Below are positions 16,002-30,266 of a stretch of 64,000 nucleotides of DNA, one piece after another. The stretch is taken from NCBI RefSeq assembly GCF_009914755.1, contig NC_060931.1. One strand, written 5' to 3'. The notes beneath the pieces were generated by a model. That model made no database searches. It saw only the letters and a program-made list of their open reading frames with translations, and was not told the origin of the DNA. Source of the DNA: the human T2T-CHM13v2.0 reference genome, Homo sapiens. The position numbers and the translations under genes are program-made. Numbering within the stretch: position 1 is the stretch's first letter; each line of letters begins with the position of its first letter.

Positions 16002-17907
16002 GCTCACACCGACCCCTGACTTTGCAGTGTCTGCCTAAAGTACTCGGCATTTTCGGTGACTCCTCATGTTGCTGATTTGTTCCCTGGGGGCTGCACCCTC
16101 TGCCTTTCCCAACCACGGTGTCTCTCTGCCCTTGCCGCCAGGTGTGTGGGCCCACTCTGCCCTTCACTGGGTAAATCCTCTTAGTGGGAGGCCACACCTG
16201 AGGCAGGAAGGGCTCTCAGCCCTGCAGCATGGGCTACGTCAGTGCCCAGCAGGGCTCCCAGCTCTCACCACCTGGCTGCCTATCAGGTGCCCTGACGCTG
16301 CAGCTGCACGCTCTTGATGCTTATGGGGCCAATTTTCCATCCTCCATCCACCACAACTTACGTATCCCGCTGTCCCATGTCCCTGTAGGGCTAATGAGAA
16401 CTTCTCCAGGCCAAGCAGTGGCAAAGTGGTGCCAACAGCTCCATGCGTATTGGGGCTCCCACGTCACGTGAGGGTGCTGAGGGCCTCAAACGCCTTTCAC
16501 CAGAGGCCTGACTAGTGCGGCAGGTCAGGAAACAAGAAGAGACTTTAGAAGAGGGAGGCCTTGCCTTGTGTTCCTCAGAACCGGGACACTTGGTCCTCAC
16601 CGGGGTGAGGCTGGGCAGAGTGCACCCTCCAGCCGCCTGTACCTCCATAGCCCTGCAGGCCGAGAGATGCAAGATAAACTGTGGATGGCACCTACTTTGG
16701 AGTCAGGAGGCCTGAGACTCTCCCCCAGCTGGTTCCTTCACGACCTTGGGGAAGTCACTTCCTTTCTGGGGGCTACAGTTTCTTCACTGAAGAATGAGGA
16801 GGTTAGATGGGAAGTCACTACTTCCAAAGATTTGTTTTTTTTTTAATGAAAGTAAAATCTTATTTTTTCAAAATATCACTAGGAAGACCCATGGATCACC
16901 CCAGGAGTGTTCCAGCTACAGCATGGGATGGGTCTCCCTCTCCCCAGCAACCTTGTCTGCTGGGCCCACCCCTTAGGTGTCCGGGGGCCCCCACTAGAAC
17001 CTGCAGAAAACATTTGGAACCCACTGGACTTGCTTGCAGGTCCCGTAGAGTCCCACCCTCTAGGATTCTCTAAGGAATTCACAGGTACCCCCTCCGACCC
17101 CCAACCACACTCTCCACAGACACATGCACAGAAACGTAAGCACTGCCCACAGCTGTGTGCACACACAGGGACTTTCAGAGGCATGATTCAGAAGCCACAC
17201 TGGGCAAAGTGCCCTCCTGCTGTTTGTGTTCACTCACGCAGCCCTTGGCCGCCTTCTTCCTGTCTTCTTTATTTGCTGCTGTCACTCCCACCTCCTGTGG
17301 AGTAGACCAGATGGCCGCATCTGCCCAAGGAAGTGTCTACAGAGGAAATGGCAAAGTGCATTCCAGCCAAGGTAGAAATCACTGGCAGGCAAGCTCTCAG
17401 GGCCAAGGCACTGGGGCTTTGGAGTCCTGGCCTGGGTCCCTACCCAAACCCTTGTCCCCTCAGATACATCCCTAGACCCCTTCCTGAGCAACCTGGAAAG
17501 AACCCGCAGACCCATTTTCTGCACATTCCTCAGCCCCACAGGGAGAGGAAAATGCTCCACCTCCTCCAGTTGCTGCCCAGGCTGCCGGCTAGGAGGGGCT
17601 GTGGCTTCCACATTCCCTTCTCCAGTGCAGCCAGGCTTGACCTTTCAGAAAATCCTTGACGATGGGAAGGACTCCCAAGGATGGCATAGAATAGCCAGGC
17701 CCAGCCCCTGGACCTGCATAAAGCAATTGTTTGGAGGCAGAGAGTCGGATGCCTGGTGAATGGGGGGCTGGTACTCAATATAGTCAGAGAAGGCAGTGTT
17801 CTTACTCAGCTGCTCTCAGAGCGAAGGCACTTGCCCTCTGCAGGCTGCCCCAGAAGCCAAAGGAAAGCAACTGGAAGCTAAAGGGAAGGTTTGGGGACTT
17901 TAATAGC

Positions 17908-18346
17908 TGATATAGTTTGGATATTTGTCCCTGCCCAAATCTCATGTTGAATGAAATGTAATCTGCAGTGTTAGAAGTGCCTGGTGGGAGGTGTTTGGGC
18001 CATGGGGGCAGATCTCTCATGAATGGCTTGGGCCATCCTCCTGGTGATGAGTGAGCTCTTGCTCTGAGTTCACATGAGATCTGGTCATTTAAAAGTGTGT
18101 GGCACCTTCTACCTCACCAACCCCCCACCTCTCCCTCTTTCTCTCTCTGTCTCATGCTGAAGGAGACATGGAACAGTGAGATTCTCCCTTGGAGCCTCCA
18201 GAAGGAACCTGCCCTGTGGACACCTTGATTTTAGCCCTGTAGGTTCATTTCAGACTCTGGACTTCCAGAACGCTAAGAGAGTAAGTCTGTGTTGTTCAAG
18301 CCACTTTTTGTGGTGGTTTATTATGCAGCAATGGAGAACAAATACA
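17908..18346 (+). mobile_element. Composite MaLR LTR: MST-type 5' half joined to MLT1-type 3' half
   Basis: tgatatagtttggatatttgtccc (MST start); after ~18160, gattctcccttggagcctccagaaggaacc...aacaaataca (MLT1 end). Confidence 0.7.
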
Positions 18347-18489
18347 CCCGGCATGTCCTGGGACAAAGCCTGGGGACGGGGGGGGGACTGAGCTGGACGC
18401 CCATACCCCAAAGCACGAAGGGAAGAGACCAGCAGCTAACACTCGAAGAGGCCGACTAGTTCTCAAAAGGGAGAAGAGGTATGGCCTGA

Positions 18490-18726
<237 letters not shown>

Positions 18727-18749
18727 TAATAAACAGTCCCCACTGGAGA

Positions 18750-18900
18750 GAGATTATTTAATCCTCATCCTACTCCACAAGACCATTATCGTTACGATCT
18801 TCCTTCTATAGATCAGGAACCTGAAGTACTTGGGGGTGGAGGTCACTTGCTCAAGTTCAGGCAGTTAGGAAGGGCAAAGCAGAGGTTTGAACCGTGCCTG
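18750..18900 (-). mobile_element. MIR fragment
   Basis: atttaatcctcatcc...atagatcaggaacctgaag...ggtcacttgctcaagttc...ggtttgaacc. Confidence 0.6.
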
Positions 18901-19647
18901 CACCTGTGAAGTTTGGAAACCATCATCGCATTCCCCCAGGGGAATAGTCTAGGATCTGAGTTCCAGCTTCTCCATCTGAGGCAGCGGTCCCCAGGCGCTG
19001 GCAGCAACGTGCAGCTGCTGGGGTACGAGGCAGCTGCCTGCAGAGACCGTGCCTTCCCCTTGGTGCAGATGCAGTGGGCAGCCTGCACTTTGCTGCTCCT
19101 GTGTCCGACTCCTTGGGGTTCTGTTCTGGAGACAGAGCTCAGTGGACTCACAAGACGGTCACTTTCTTCTGTTGAGTCCCTGAGTTTATTTGATGAAATC
19201 CAGAACTGAAGTTCCTGGAATAAGTCATCTTACCACCAGTGTTTTGAATTAACGAACTCAAATGTCATCTCCTCCCACACAAACATTTCTCTTTAGACAT
19301 ACAAGGATGAAGATGAAGAGAAAAAGCCAGGCCATATGCTGGGCTGTGGTGCGGATTACATTCTGTGTCCGGGGTGCTTGTTCGAATGTCCTACTTGGAC
19401 GAGCTATTTGTGGGGCATAAGCAGAGAACCCAGACACAGATGACTTGGGAGGGGGCTCAGGATGCTTCAGTTTCCCCAGACACTCCTGGCTGTGCCATTG
19501 CTCTGTCCACTGGGAACAGTTTATATGATTCTCAGATAAGAACCACATCAGCAGAGAAGCCAAAAAGGAGATACGACCCTTGTTTCATCGTCCCTTGGTT
19601 CCAATTTCCTCAGGGGATTGGGCTACTCTAAACTTTTCTTGAAGTGA

Positions 19648-19956
<309 letters not shown>

Positions 19957-21172
19957 TATGAATATTTTTTTAAATGACGTGCATTCCAAAACAGTTTCAC
20001 AGGGCTATAAGGAAAAGAAGAAAATTAGGCAACTATTTTGTATACTGCTTATAAAAAATACCGTTGATTTTCTTTCCTAGGTGTAATTAGCTTTTGAGTG
20101 GGAAAGCTTGTATTCCCACTTTGAATATTCTATTCAAAGTCGAGGACAGTCAAGTACCTCACATTCTAGAGAGAACATCAACAGTCCTCTTGGCAGTTAT
20201 TGAAAAGGGACAGACCAACTCTGTCACCCCACTCTCCCTTCATCGGCCCACACTCAATACCAACACCAGTCTGGAGTGCATACTTGGAAGACTTGAAGGG
20301 GGAAAAGGAGTGAGAAGGAGGGGCTGTTGGAACCTTGAGCTGTGGGGAAGAGAGGCTTTGCTTAGGTGCTGGGGAGACTCCAGCTCCCACTTCAGCCCTG
20401 TGTCTGGGCCTGCTCCATGGTGGTGCTGAGGCCCTTCTGTGCCTGTGAAGCTGGACTATGAGAATTTTGTCTTTCTTGTGACTCCCTTTTCCACAGATCT
20501 TGGAGTTCAACAGGACACACAAGTCCTAGAACATTTAAAAACATAAGTAAATCCCCCTCCTTCTCTCACCTGGAGAACTTAGAATCGTCATGCCAACTTC
20601 TGGAGGCAATGGTCTTCAGATCCGCTTGGCTGTGGCCAAACTACAGGGTGTCATGGAGAAACACAGTCTGGTGGGAGGGGGCAGATGATGAAAGCAGAAG
20701 ACAGGAAAGACAAAGACTTCTTGGTGTTATCTTCCATGGTGAGTGTGCAGTTTCCATATTCTCCAGCTATGAACTTGAACTCAATGGGAGAAATCTCCCA
20801 GTAAGATGTTATGTGGGTGGTGGCCGAGTAGGGGTGGGTTGGTCGCTGTGAACTGTCTGAGACTCTCCTGTCTTAACATTGGAGAAATGGAGACTTGAAG
20901 AGGTGAAGCAAATTTCCCTAGATGACTTGGGAACGTTGGGTTGTGGGGAGTTGGGTTTGAACTTGGACATTCAGTTTTGAATCCACGTGCTCACAGAGGG
21001 GTAGAGAAGGCTCTAGGGCATGAGAGTCAATTACTCAGCAGAGAAGGGAAAGGGAGAAGATTTCACACATTCCTGCCCTTCTGAGTTGATTTCAATCCTA
21101 TCTGAGTAATAGACATCATTATGGTTAATATTTGTCTCTGATTGGTCGTCTTTGTTTTGACTCCCCCTGAAT

Positions 21173-21500
21173 TAAGGATTCAAGGGCAAGTAGTTTATTT
21201 GAGAGTGGATCCCGAGAAACCCTGGTGGGGGAGTGGGAAAGTGAGAAAGAGAGGAGGCCACTGGAGGATGACTGGTAAGTTCATTTCCACTTTGGGCCAC
21301 TGAGCTTGATCCTGCTGGGGAACCCTGGCAGGTACGTCTCAGATGCCAACCATGGAGCAAGAACACAGGGGTGTTCTTTCCATCTGGCCTTGGTGGCAGC
21401 ATCTCCCAGGGGCACTGTGTCCCTGGTGCTCTGGTCTGTGGAGAGTCATAGGTGCTCTTGTTAAGCATCTGTGTGCACGGAGAGGAGAGTGCTTGGGAGG
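21173..21500 (-). mobile_element. LTR33-like ERVL LTR fragment
   Basis: aaggattcaagggcaagtagtttatttgagagtggatccc...gggaaagtgagaaag. Confidence 0.55.
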
Positions 21501-22825
21501 GATAGGGGGTGGCATCAAGGGCATCTGCAAACCTCAGGCAGCTGGAGGATGGCCAGGTGGCTGCCTCTCTGTAGCTCGTGTCCTGAAGTGTCTTTCTGTG
21601 CCCACTTATTTGTGCTCGACCTTGGGCTGCAAGTTTGTTGATAGTTACAGGGGGTGGCTCCAGCCACCGTGTTGGGTGTCTCACCCTGTCCAACCCCTGA
21701 TCTTTATTGTGGACCAGGCTATAGACAGATCTTTGTCAGCTGCCCCTGTGAGTCTTCTGTGCAGACACCTTCCTGTGGAAGAGTTGGTCTCTGGTCACTG
21801 TTTCAAGTCTCTGCTGCGGCCACAGCTTTCTTATCTCTCACTTTGGGGATCTCAGGAAATGAGACACCAGGAGGTGTCTGCTGTACAAAATCCTATTTGC
21901 TCAAGGAACCTGCATATCTCAGCTCATGTTTCTTAATCATTTTTCTGATTCTAAAAAGTCGATGACAAAACTTCGATAGAAACACAGTTCTAGCATTTGG
22001 GATTGGAGGAAGAAGTGTATTCAGCATTCTACCTTCTTCCTGATTCTGTGAGCTTAGACCTGCTTCCACTTTCAATCTCTCTCATTGCAGGCTGAAGAGG
22101 ACTGGCCTTTCAGTGGCCCTCGTGGAACGGTAGGAAGCTGAGCTGGACTCTCTGCCACATCGTTCGGTTCCCACAACAGCCTGGTAGGTCGGGGTAGTCA
22201 CTTCCATTTGGGAGATGAGGAAGTCGAAGGAGAGAGCTAGAGTGAGCCAGAACTTAGGGCTGATCACAAATTGGATGAGTAATTGAGATAACTAGGATGG
22301 CCCCTAGCTAAGGCTGCAGGCAATGCCCCAAGGAGACTGTCACCTTTTTGTTACAATTTTCCAGGGTGTGATAGGACTTAGGAGGATGGTGTGTCTGTCC
22401 CTAGGACTGTAGGTTGTTCTAGAGAAAAACAAAATTTTAAGGACTTTTTCTTTGTGCATATGCCTCAGGTAGGCATCATGTGGGCCTAGGCAATAGGACC
22501 TAGGAAGGAGACTCCCCTGTTCCCAGGCCTGCCGCTCCTACTCAGGAGGCTGAAGGGTCCCCACCCCAACTAACCACAGAGTCAGACACATTCTTCCTAA
22601 CACACCTTCCTCCCGACCTCCCAGCTTCCCTCTTTGTCACTGAAGTCATAGACTTTTTTTTTTTGAAGAATTATCAACCTAAATAACAAACAGAAGCGAT
22701 TCTCCAAAGATGATGAATTTATTTGGAAATGAGCAGCATGATTGTGATGCAGAGTGCCCGTGCCACAGCAGCCATGGGCGCATCCAGGAGGCTGAGGCAA
22801 GGGGAAGCTTTTAAGGGCACAAGGA

Positions 22826-23117
<292 letters not shown>

Positions 23118-23362
23118 AAGGCAAAAGGAGGAGTGCACAGGAGTTGTTGAGTTGTTTTTGAACAAAGAGAACATTGGTTACTTGGGCACAGGAGTTGAGG
23201 TCAGATTCTTAGTGGAGATGGCATGTGAGGTGAGAGTGCTCCAACATGTGGCCGGCCGTCCAGTGACTCCTGTGGCAGGCTGCAGTTGGGAAGGCCCTTG
23301 GAAATAGTCCTTATTACAGGCATATGTGTGTCACAGCCTTCAGAGAGTCTTTGTAATAGTCC

Positions 23363-23534
23363 TTTTTTTTTCCTTTTCTTTTTAGAAATGGGGTCTTGCC
23401 TTGTTGCCCAGGCTGGAGTGCAGCAACGTGATCATAGTTTACTGTAGCCTGGGCTCAACTCCTGGGCTCCAGTGATCCTCCCGCCTCAGCCTCACAAGTA
23501 GCTGGGACCATAGGTGTGAGTCACTGTGTTTGGC
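23363..23534 (-). mobile_element. Alu monomer (FRAM/AluJ-like)
   Basis: Antisense right monomer with T tail. Confidence 0.85.
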
Positions 23535-24047
23535 TGTAATCGTTGTTATTGTAGGCGCATGTGCATGAGGACCCTCCCTTCTTAGGCTCCTGACTCTACT
23601 TTGCTTGGGTTTGAAACAAGTGACTCCATCTTGAAATGGACAACTGGCACAGAATAGAGCATTTCAAGGGCAGATTAGATGGCAACTTAAAAAAAAGGTA
23701 AAGAAAAATTAAAGAAAAAATTAAAGGTAAGGAAAAATTTACACTTTCTAGGAACTTCACGAAGGAAGGGAAACATGAGACAAAGAAAGAGAAGTGGTTA
23801 TCAGAAACTAAACTGCACGAGGCTTGTGAGGTTTCTCATGTTCCTCCTGGAACTTCCTCCTAGACTGTATTCTGCCATCTGCTCTGGGGTCACGAGGGAA
23901 AGGGCCCCTCTCCTTTCATGGCCTAGAAAGCGTGGCTCTGAGCCATTCTTTGGGCTGAGGTGGGTGTCTGGGGTGCTGGTGGGGACAGCCAGGCCCTGCC
24001 TTCCTGGGTACCTCTTGCTGCTTGTCAACAGACCCTGCCCTCCATAC

Positions 24048-24484
24048 TGTGAGGGATTGAAGGATTAACTCCAATTCTTTCCTGTCCTCCATTCATACCC
24101 ATGCCATTGCTCATCTTGGGCGGACTGTATTTCCCTGCCCATTGAGTTTCGGTTTGGTCTTGTGACTTGCTTTGGCCACTAGAATGGGGCAAAGTGAGAG
24201 GGTTCCCGTTCTCAGCCTGCCCCTTGTAAGACCCTGCAGGCTTCTGCTGCCCTCCTGGGTTTCTGCCCTTGCCTGGGGGCTTTCCCTGGGTGGTTTCGGT
24301 TCCTTCTACTTGGTACCTGAAATGAAGACGTGTGGGACAAAGCCACTCCAGCTGACCTAGAGATCAACAAGATGAAGCCAGTAGACCCACAGATGACTGA
24401 GAAATGTGTTTATTGCTGTATCTGTGCCATGTCGATTTTTGTGGTTGTTTGCTGTATGTCACTATTTTGGCAATAGCTATATAT
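24048..24484 (+). mobile_element. MLT1 (H/I/J-type) MaLR LTR
   Basis: ttgtgacttgctttggccactagaatg core and ttgtggttgtttgctgtatg...gcaatagcta end. Confidence 0.65.
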
Positions 24485-25672
24485 TCCCTTTTCCTTCTTC
24501 TCTGTGCTCTGGTCTGAATTAATGCCTCTTTGTTTCATCTCATTTCCCATTGCTTTTCACTTTATTACAAAAGCACTGCAATTTATACATTGAAGCAGAA
24601 AAGAAGGGTGGAATCCCCATAATTCCATACCCTTCTGTGAATACACTGGTGTCCAGACTGTTGGAATATATTCATTTATTCTCTCTTCATATGTACATTT
24701 AAAAGATGAATCAATTCTTTTTTTTTTTTTTAAAGCAAATTGTTTCATTTAACAATACATGGTAAATATACTTGGTGTTAGTGCTGTCTTCAGGGTTCCG
24801 TGGAGCGTTTTACAGTCTTCTTTTTAGCACCCTCCTAAAGATGTTGAAGGAGGTGGGTGATGGGGTTGCCTGACTCCTTCACCAGGAGCATCCTCACATC
24901 CATCTCTTTCACACATTGGGGTTTCACATGCGCGTTTATTTGCAAAACAGGGCTCTGCTACAAAAATCACCAGTTGAAAATCACCAATCTAAAAACTGCT
25001 TTTTATGTGTTTTAATGATATACCACGCAACATTATTATAACCAATCCCTTATTTGAAAATTTAGGTTGTTTTGGGTTTTATAATTAAAATCACATGCTT
25101 ATGGCATATATTTGTGTATACTCTTAATTATTTCCTTACAATAAATTATTAGAAGTGGACATATAATTTCTATAAGTGTAGGTATAAAATCCTGGCAGTA
25201 GAATTTCTAAAAGTGGAAAGCATATGTTCATGTAAAGGCTGCTAAATTGCCAAAATACCCTCCCAAAACCTTATCAGTTACTCTTCCACTGGCAGTGATG
25301 CCAGGTAGAACCTCTGACTGTTTGGCAAATGAACGTTTGTATCTTGTGGCTTTAAATTACTGTTCTTTACTAATTAAATGAGGCTATTTCTTCATATAGT
25401 TATTACCATTTGCATATCTTGTCTTGTGAATTTTTTGTTTATGTGCTTTGAGCATTTTTTTTGACTAGGATGTCATCTTTTTCTCATTGATTTATAATAC
25501 CACTTATATATGCTATGTTAGAAAGAATGCTGGATTATAATTTGATGTATTAAGATGGTCTGGCTGGCATTACAGATTAGTAGAGAGTAGAGGATGAAAT
25601 ATCCAATAAGCAGTGCTAGGACAACTAATTATTTATATGAAAAAATAAAATTTTATATATATAATTTTTTAA

Positions 25673-25968
<296 letters not shown>

Positions 25969-26223
25969 ATAAAATTACATTTTTATCTCACTCTATTCAC
26001 AAAAAATTCCACTGTGAAAAAAAATAAAGCTTCCAGAAGAAATATGAGGAAGATTTTCCAGTTTTTAAGGTACACAAAAAAAGCACAAATCATAAGAGAA
26101 AATATTGATAATTTTGACCAGATCAAAGTTCTGTATAACAGAAGACATTATAAACTACATCAAAATACAAGCCACAGACTTTGAAAAGACACCTGCAAAG
26201 CATAAAATAGTGAATTATTAGTA

Positions 26224-26622
26224 CAGATGCTCCTTGATTTACGAAGGGATTATGTCCTGATAAACTCATTGTAAGTTGAAAATATAAATGGAAAAGGCAT
26301 TTAATATATCTAACCTATGGAACATCATAGCTTAGCCTAGCCTACCTTAAACATGCTCAGAACAACCACCCGAGCCTATAGTTGGGCAATAGTCATCTAA
26401 CACAAAGCCTATTTTATAATAAAGTATTGAAAAATCTCATGGAATTTATGAAATACTGTGGAGCGTTATGAGGAAGTATTGTACTGCGTATTGCTAGTCT
26501 GGAAAAAGATCAAAATTCAAAATGCAAAGTACAGTTTCTACTAAATGCATATCGCTCTCTACTATTGTAAAGTTGAAAAATTGTAAGTCAAACAATCCTA
26601 AGTGTAAGTCAGGGACTATCTG
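26224..26622 (+). mobile_element. MER47 (Tigger-family) DNA transposon
   Basis: Termini cagatgctccttgatttacg ... gtaagtcagggactatctg flanked by TA on both sides. Confidence 0.85.
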
Positions 26623-26640
26623 TACATAGAACATAGAAAA

Positions 26641-26933
26641 ATGGATGTGGTGTCTCACACCTATAATCCCAGCACTCTGGGAGGCCGAGGTGGGAGGACT
26701 GCTTGAGCTCAGGAGTTTGAGATCAGCCTGGGCAACATGGCGAAAGCCCATCTTACAAAAAAATACAAAAATTAGCTGAGCATGGTGGTGCAAGCCTGTA
26801 GTCACAGCTACCTGGGAGATTGAGTTGAGAGGATCACCTGAGCCCAAGAGGCCAAGGCTGCAAAGATCCGAGATTGCACTACTGCACACTAGCCTGGCAA
26901 CAGAATGAGATCTTGTCTCAAAAATAAAAAAGA
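26641..26933 (+). mobile_element. AluJ
   Basis: Dimer with J-type features; TSD agaacatagaaaa/agaacatataaaa. Confidence 0.9.
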
Positions 26934-27764
26934 AGAACATATAAAAATGTGGAACATAAAATATAGGATATAAGAAACATACAGCATATCAAATGCCTAT
27001 AACTTAATAAGGAATGTGCAGACAACCCAATAAAAAATTGGGCAAAGGATATGAACAGGCAAGACACAGAAGACATTTAAACATTTAAAGCATGCTCAGC
27101 CTCACAGCTAATCAAACAATCTGATACCATCTCACACCCACCAGTCTGGCAATAAAGTCTGATAATACCAGCTATTGGTGAAGATGTAGAGAAATGATAA
27201 CTATCAACCACTGTCAAACACAAATGTAAGTTTTTATAAACAGGACAGCAATGTGATGATATCCAGTGAATTTAAAAATGTGCATTCCCTAGGACAAAGA
27301 AATTTAACTTTACAGTATAGACTCCAGGGGAGCTCTCATCTGTATTTGTGTTAATTGTAACCTTATTTGTAGTAGAAAAAATTGGAAGCAGCCTGTAGGT
27401 TCATCACTGGAAGGGTATATAAAGGGCTACAGCTGTATCTGAAATATTTTCACTTAAAAAATCTGGAGCAAAAATGACAAACTGCTTAGACTTAATGAGC
27501 TGGGTGTTGAGTACACGGGTTATTTTCCATGCTTGTTCACACACTGTGCAATACCTTGTTTTAAAAAGATGATATTGTATTAGGAACCCAGAAATACCCT
27601 GATCCAGCTCCAGACCACAGTCAATCCTCCTTATTTTGTCTAGGCTGACCCTGGGGCTGGAATCTGTGGCACCTTCAAAAAGAGTGATGCGGAGGGTAGA
27701 AAGAAGCGTCACCTGTGGCAGGAATTGCAGAGCAGTAAGGAAAATGGCCATAGGGAAATCTCAT

Positions 27765-30200
27765 TTGTTTTATGACAGTTTTGAGATATAATTCACATGC
27801 CACAAAATTCAACCATTTAAAGTGTACAAGTCAATGGTTTTTAGTATATTCACAGATATGTGCAACCCAGCACCACAGTCCGCCTCATAACATTTCTATC
27901 GCCTTGTATAGAAACTCTGTACTTTAAGGATCACTCTTCATCCTCCCATCTCCTCCCAGCTCTAAGCAACCACTTATCTACTTTCTGTCTCTATAGGTTT
28001 GACTAATCTGAACATTTGAAGTAAATGGAATCATATAATAGGTGGCCTAATGTTTTCAAGGTTCATCCATGTTGGATCATGTATCAGTACTTCATCCCTT
28101 TTTAGGGCCAAATAATATCCTCTTGTATGGAAATACTGCATTTTGTTTATCCATTTATCAGTTGATGTTGAGTTGTTTCCACTTTTTGCCTATTATAAAT
28201 AATGCTGCTACAAACATGCATGTACTACTTTTTGAGTAGACATGTTTTCCTTTTTTGGGTAAATACGTAGGAATGTCATTGCTGGATCATTTGATTATGT
28301 TTCACCATATGAGGAACTGCTAGACTGTTTTCCAAAGTGACTGCACAATTTTACATTCCCACCAGTGATGTATGAAGATTCCAATTTCTCCACATTCTCA
28401 CCTCTTCCACATTCTCCTGATCCTCACTCTCTTGTTATCTGACTTTCTGATTACAGCCATGCTTGTGGGTATGAAGTCGTGTTCTCTTTTGGTTTTGATT
28501 TGCATTTCCTTTATGACTAATGATGTTACACATCTTTTCATGTGCTTCTTGGCTATTTGTGGGACTTCTTTGGAGAAATGACTATCCATATCATTTTCCC
28601 ATTTTAAAAAATTGGGTAATTTGTCTTTTTATTATTGAGTCATAACATTTCTTTATATAGTCTAGAGACAAGTTCCTTATGAGATATGTGATTTTCAAAT
28701 GTTTCTCTCATTCCGTGGTTTGTATTTTCACTTTTTAAGTAGTGTCTTTTGAAGTACAAAAGTTCTGATTTTGATAAAGCCCAATTTATCTATTTTTTCT
28801 TTTGTTGCTCATGCTTTTGATGTCATATCTAAGAACCTATTGTCAAATCCAATCATGAAGATTTGCGACCATGTTTTCTAAAAGTTGTATAGTTTTAGCT
28901 CTTATGTTTAGGTCTTTGATCCATCTTGAGTTAATTTTTGTATATGGTGTGAAGCGAGAGTTCAATGTCATTATTTTATATGTGGCTATCCCATTATCTC
29001 AGTATGATTTGTTGAAAAGACTACGTTTTTCCCCCATTGAATGGTTTTGGCACTCTTGTTGAAAATTAATTGACCATATATGTGAGGGTTTATTTCTGGA
29101 CTCTTAGCTCTATTTTATTGATTTATATGTTTATCCTTATCTCAGTATCACACTATCTAGATTACTGCTGCTTTGTAGTAAGTTTGGCAATCAGGAAGTA
29201 TGAATCCTCCAGTTCTTTTGTCAGAGTATTTTGGCTAGTCTAGGTCCCTTGAATTTTTATATGAATTTTAGAATTAGCTTGTTAACTTCTACAAAGAAGC
29301 CACCTGGGATTCTAATAGGGCTTTCTTGAATGTATAGATCAATTTTGGGAGTATTGCCGTATTAACAATCTTAAGTTTTTTGATCCGTGAATATGGTATA
29401 TTTTTCATTTATGTAGACCTTTAATTCTTTCAACTACGTTTTATAGTCTTTAAAGTATAAATTTTAAACTTTTATTAAATTTATTTCTCTTGTTCTTTTT
29501 GGTGCTATTATAAATGGAATTGTTTCAACTTTATTTTCAGATTGTGCATTGTTTTGAGATATAATTGGTTCTGTATATTGACCTTGTATCCTGTAAGCTC
29601 GATGAAATTACTTATTAATTCTAATAGTTTTATTTAGTAGATTCCTTAGGATTTTCTGTGTAGAAAATTTCTATGTAATTTGTGAATAGAGATAGTTTTA
29701 TTTCTTCCTTTCAAATATGGATGCCTTTTTTGTGTGTGTGCTTAATTGCCCTGGCTAGAATGTCTACTTAATGCTGAATAGATGTGGCAAGAACAGCCAT
29801 CCTTGGCTTGTGTCTAATCTTGAGGGAAAGCATCCAATCTTTGACTATTAAGTATAATTTTATCTGTGTGTTTTTTGGTAGATTCCTTGTATCAAATTGA
29901 GGAAGTCTCCTTCCATTCCTAGTTTATGAAGTGTTTCATTACAAAAAAGCATTAGATTTTGTCAAATATTTGTTCTGTATCTGTTGAGATGGTTATGTGT
30001 GTGTATGTGTGTGTTCTTAAAAGTCTTTTGATATGGTGTAGTACATTAATTGATTTTCAGATGTTAAACCAACCTTGCATTCCTGGGATAATTCCCACTT
30101 TTTCATGGTGTATAATTCTTTTTCTATATTTATGGATTTGGTATGCTAGCATTTTGTTGAGGACTTTTGCATCCACACATCTATATTCATAAGAGATATT
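27765..30200 (-). mobile_element. L1MB-type element (3' UTR plus ORF2 end), ~2.4 kb
   Basis: T-rich antisense L1. The minus-strand ORF 28398-28589 (HFSKEVPQIAKKHMKRCVTSLVIKEMQIKT) is L1 ORF2 C-terminal-like. Confidence 0.9.
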
Positions 30201-30207
30201 TGTTGTT

Positions 30208-30266
30208 CCCTTCCCTTCCCCTTCTCCTTCTCCTTCTGCTTCCTCTTCCCCTTCCCCTTACCCCTT
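30208..30266. repeat. (CCCTT)n-like polypyrimidine tract
   Basis: Directly visible; ends at a CAG acceptor candidate (30270). Confidence 0.85.

Noticed and set aside
21343-21936. 197-aa + strand ORF with an overlapping 173-aa - strand ORF
   Set aside because: Partly within an LTR33-like remnant, no recognisable domain, and composition typical of GC-rich non-coding DNA.
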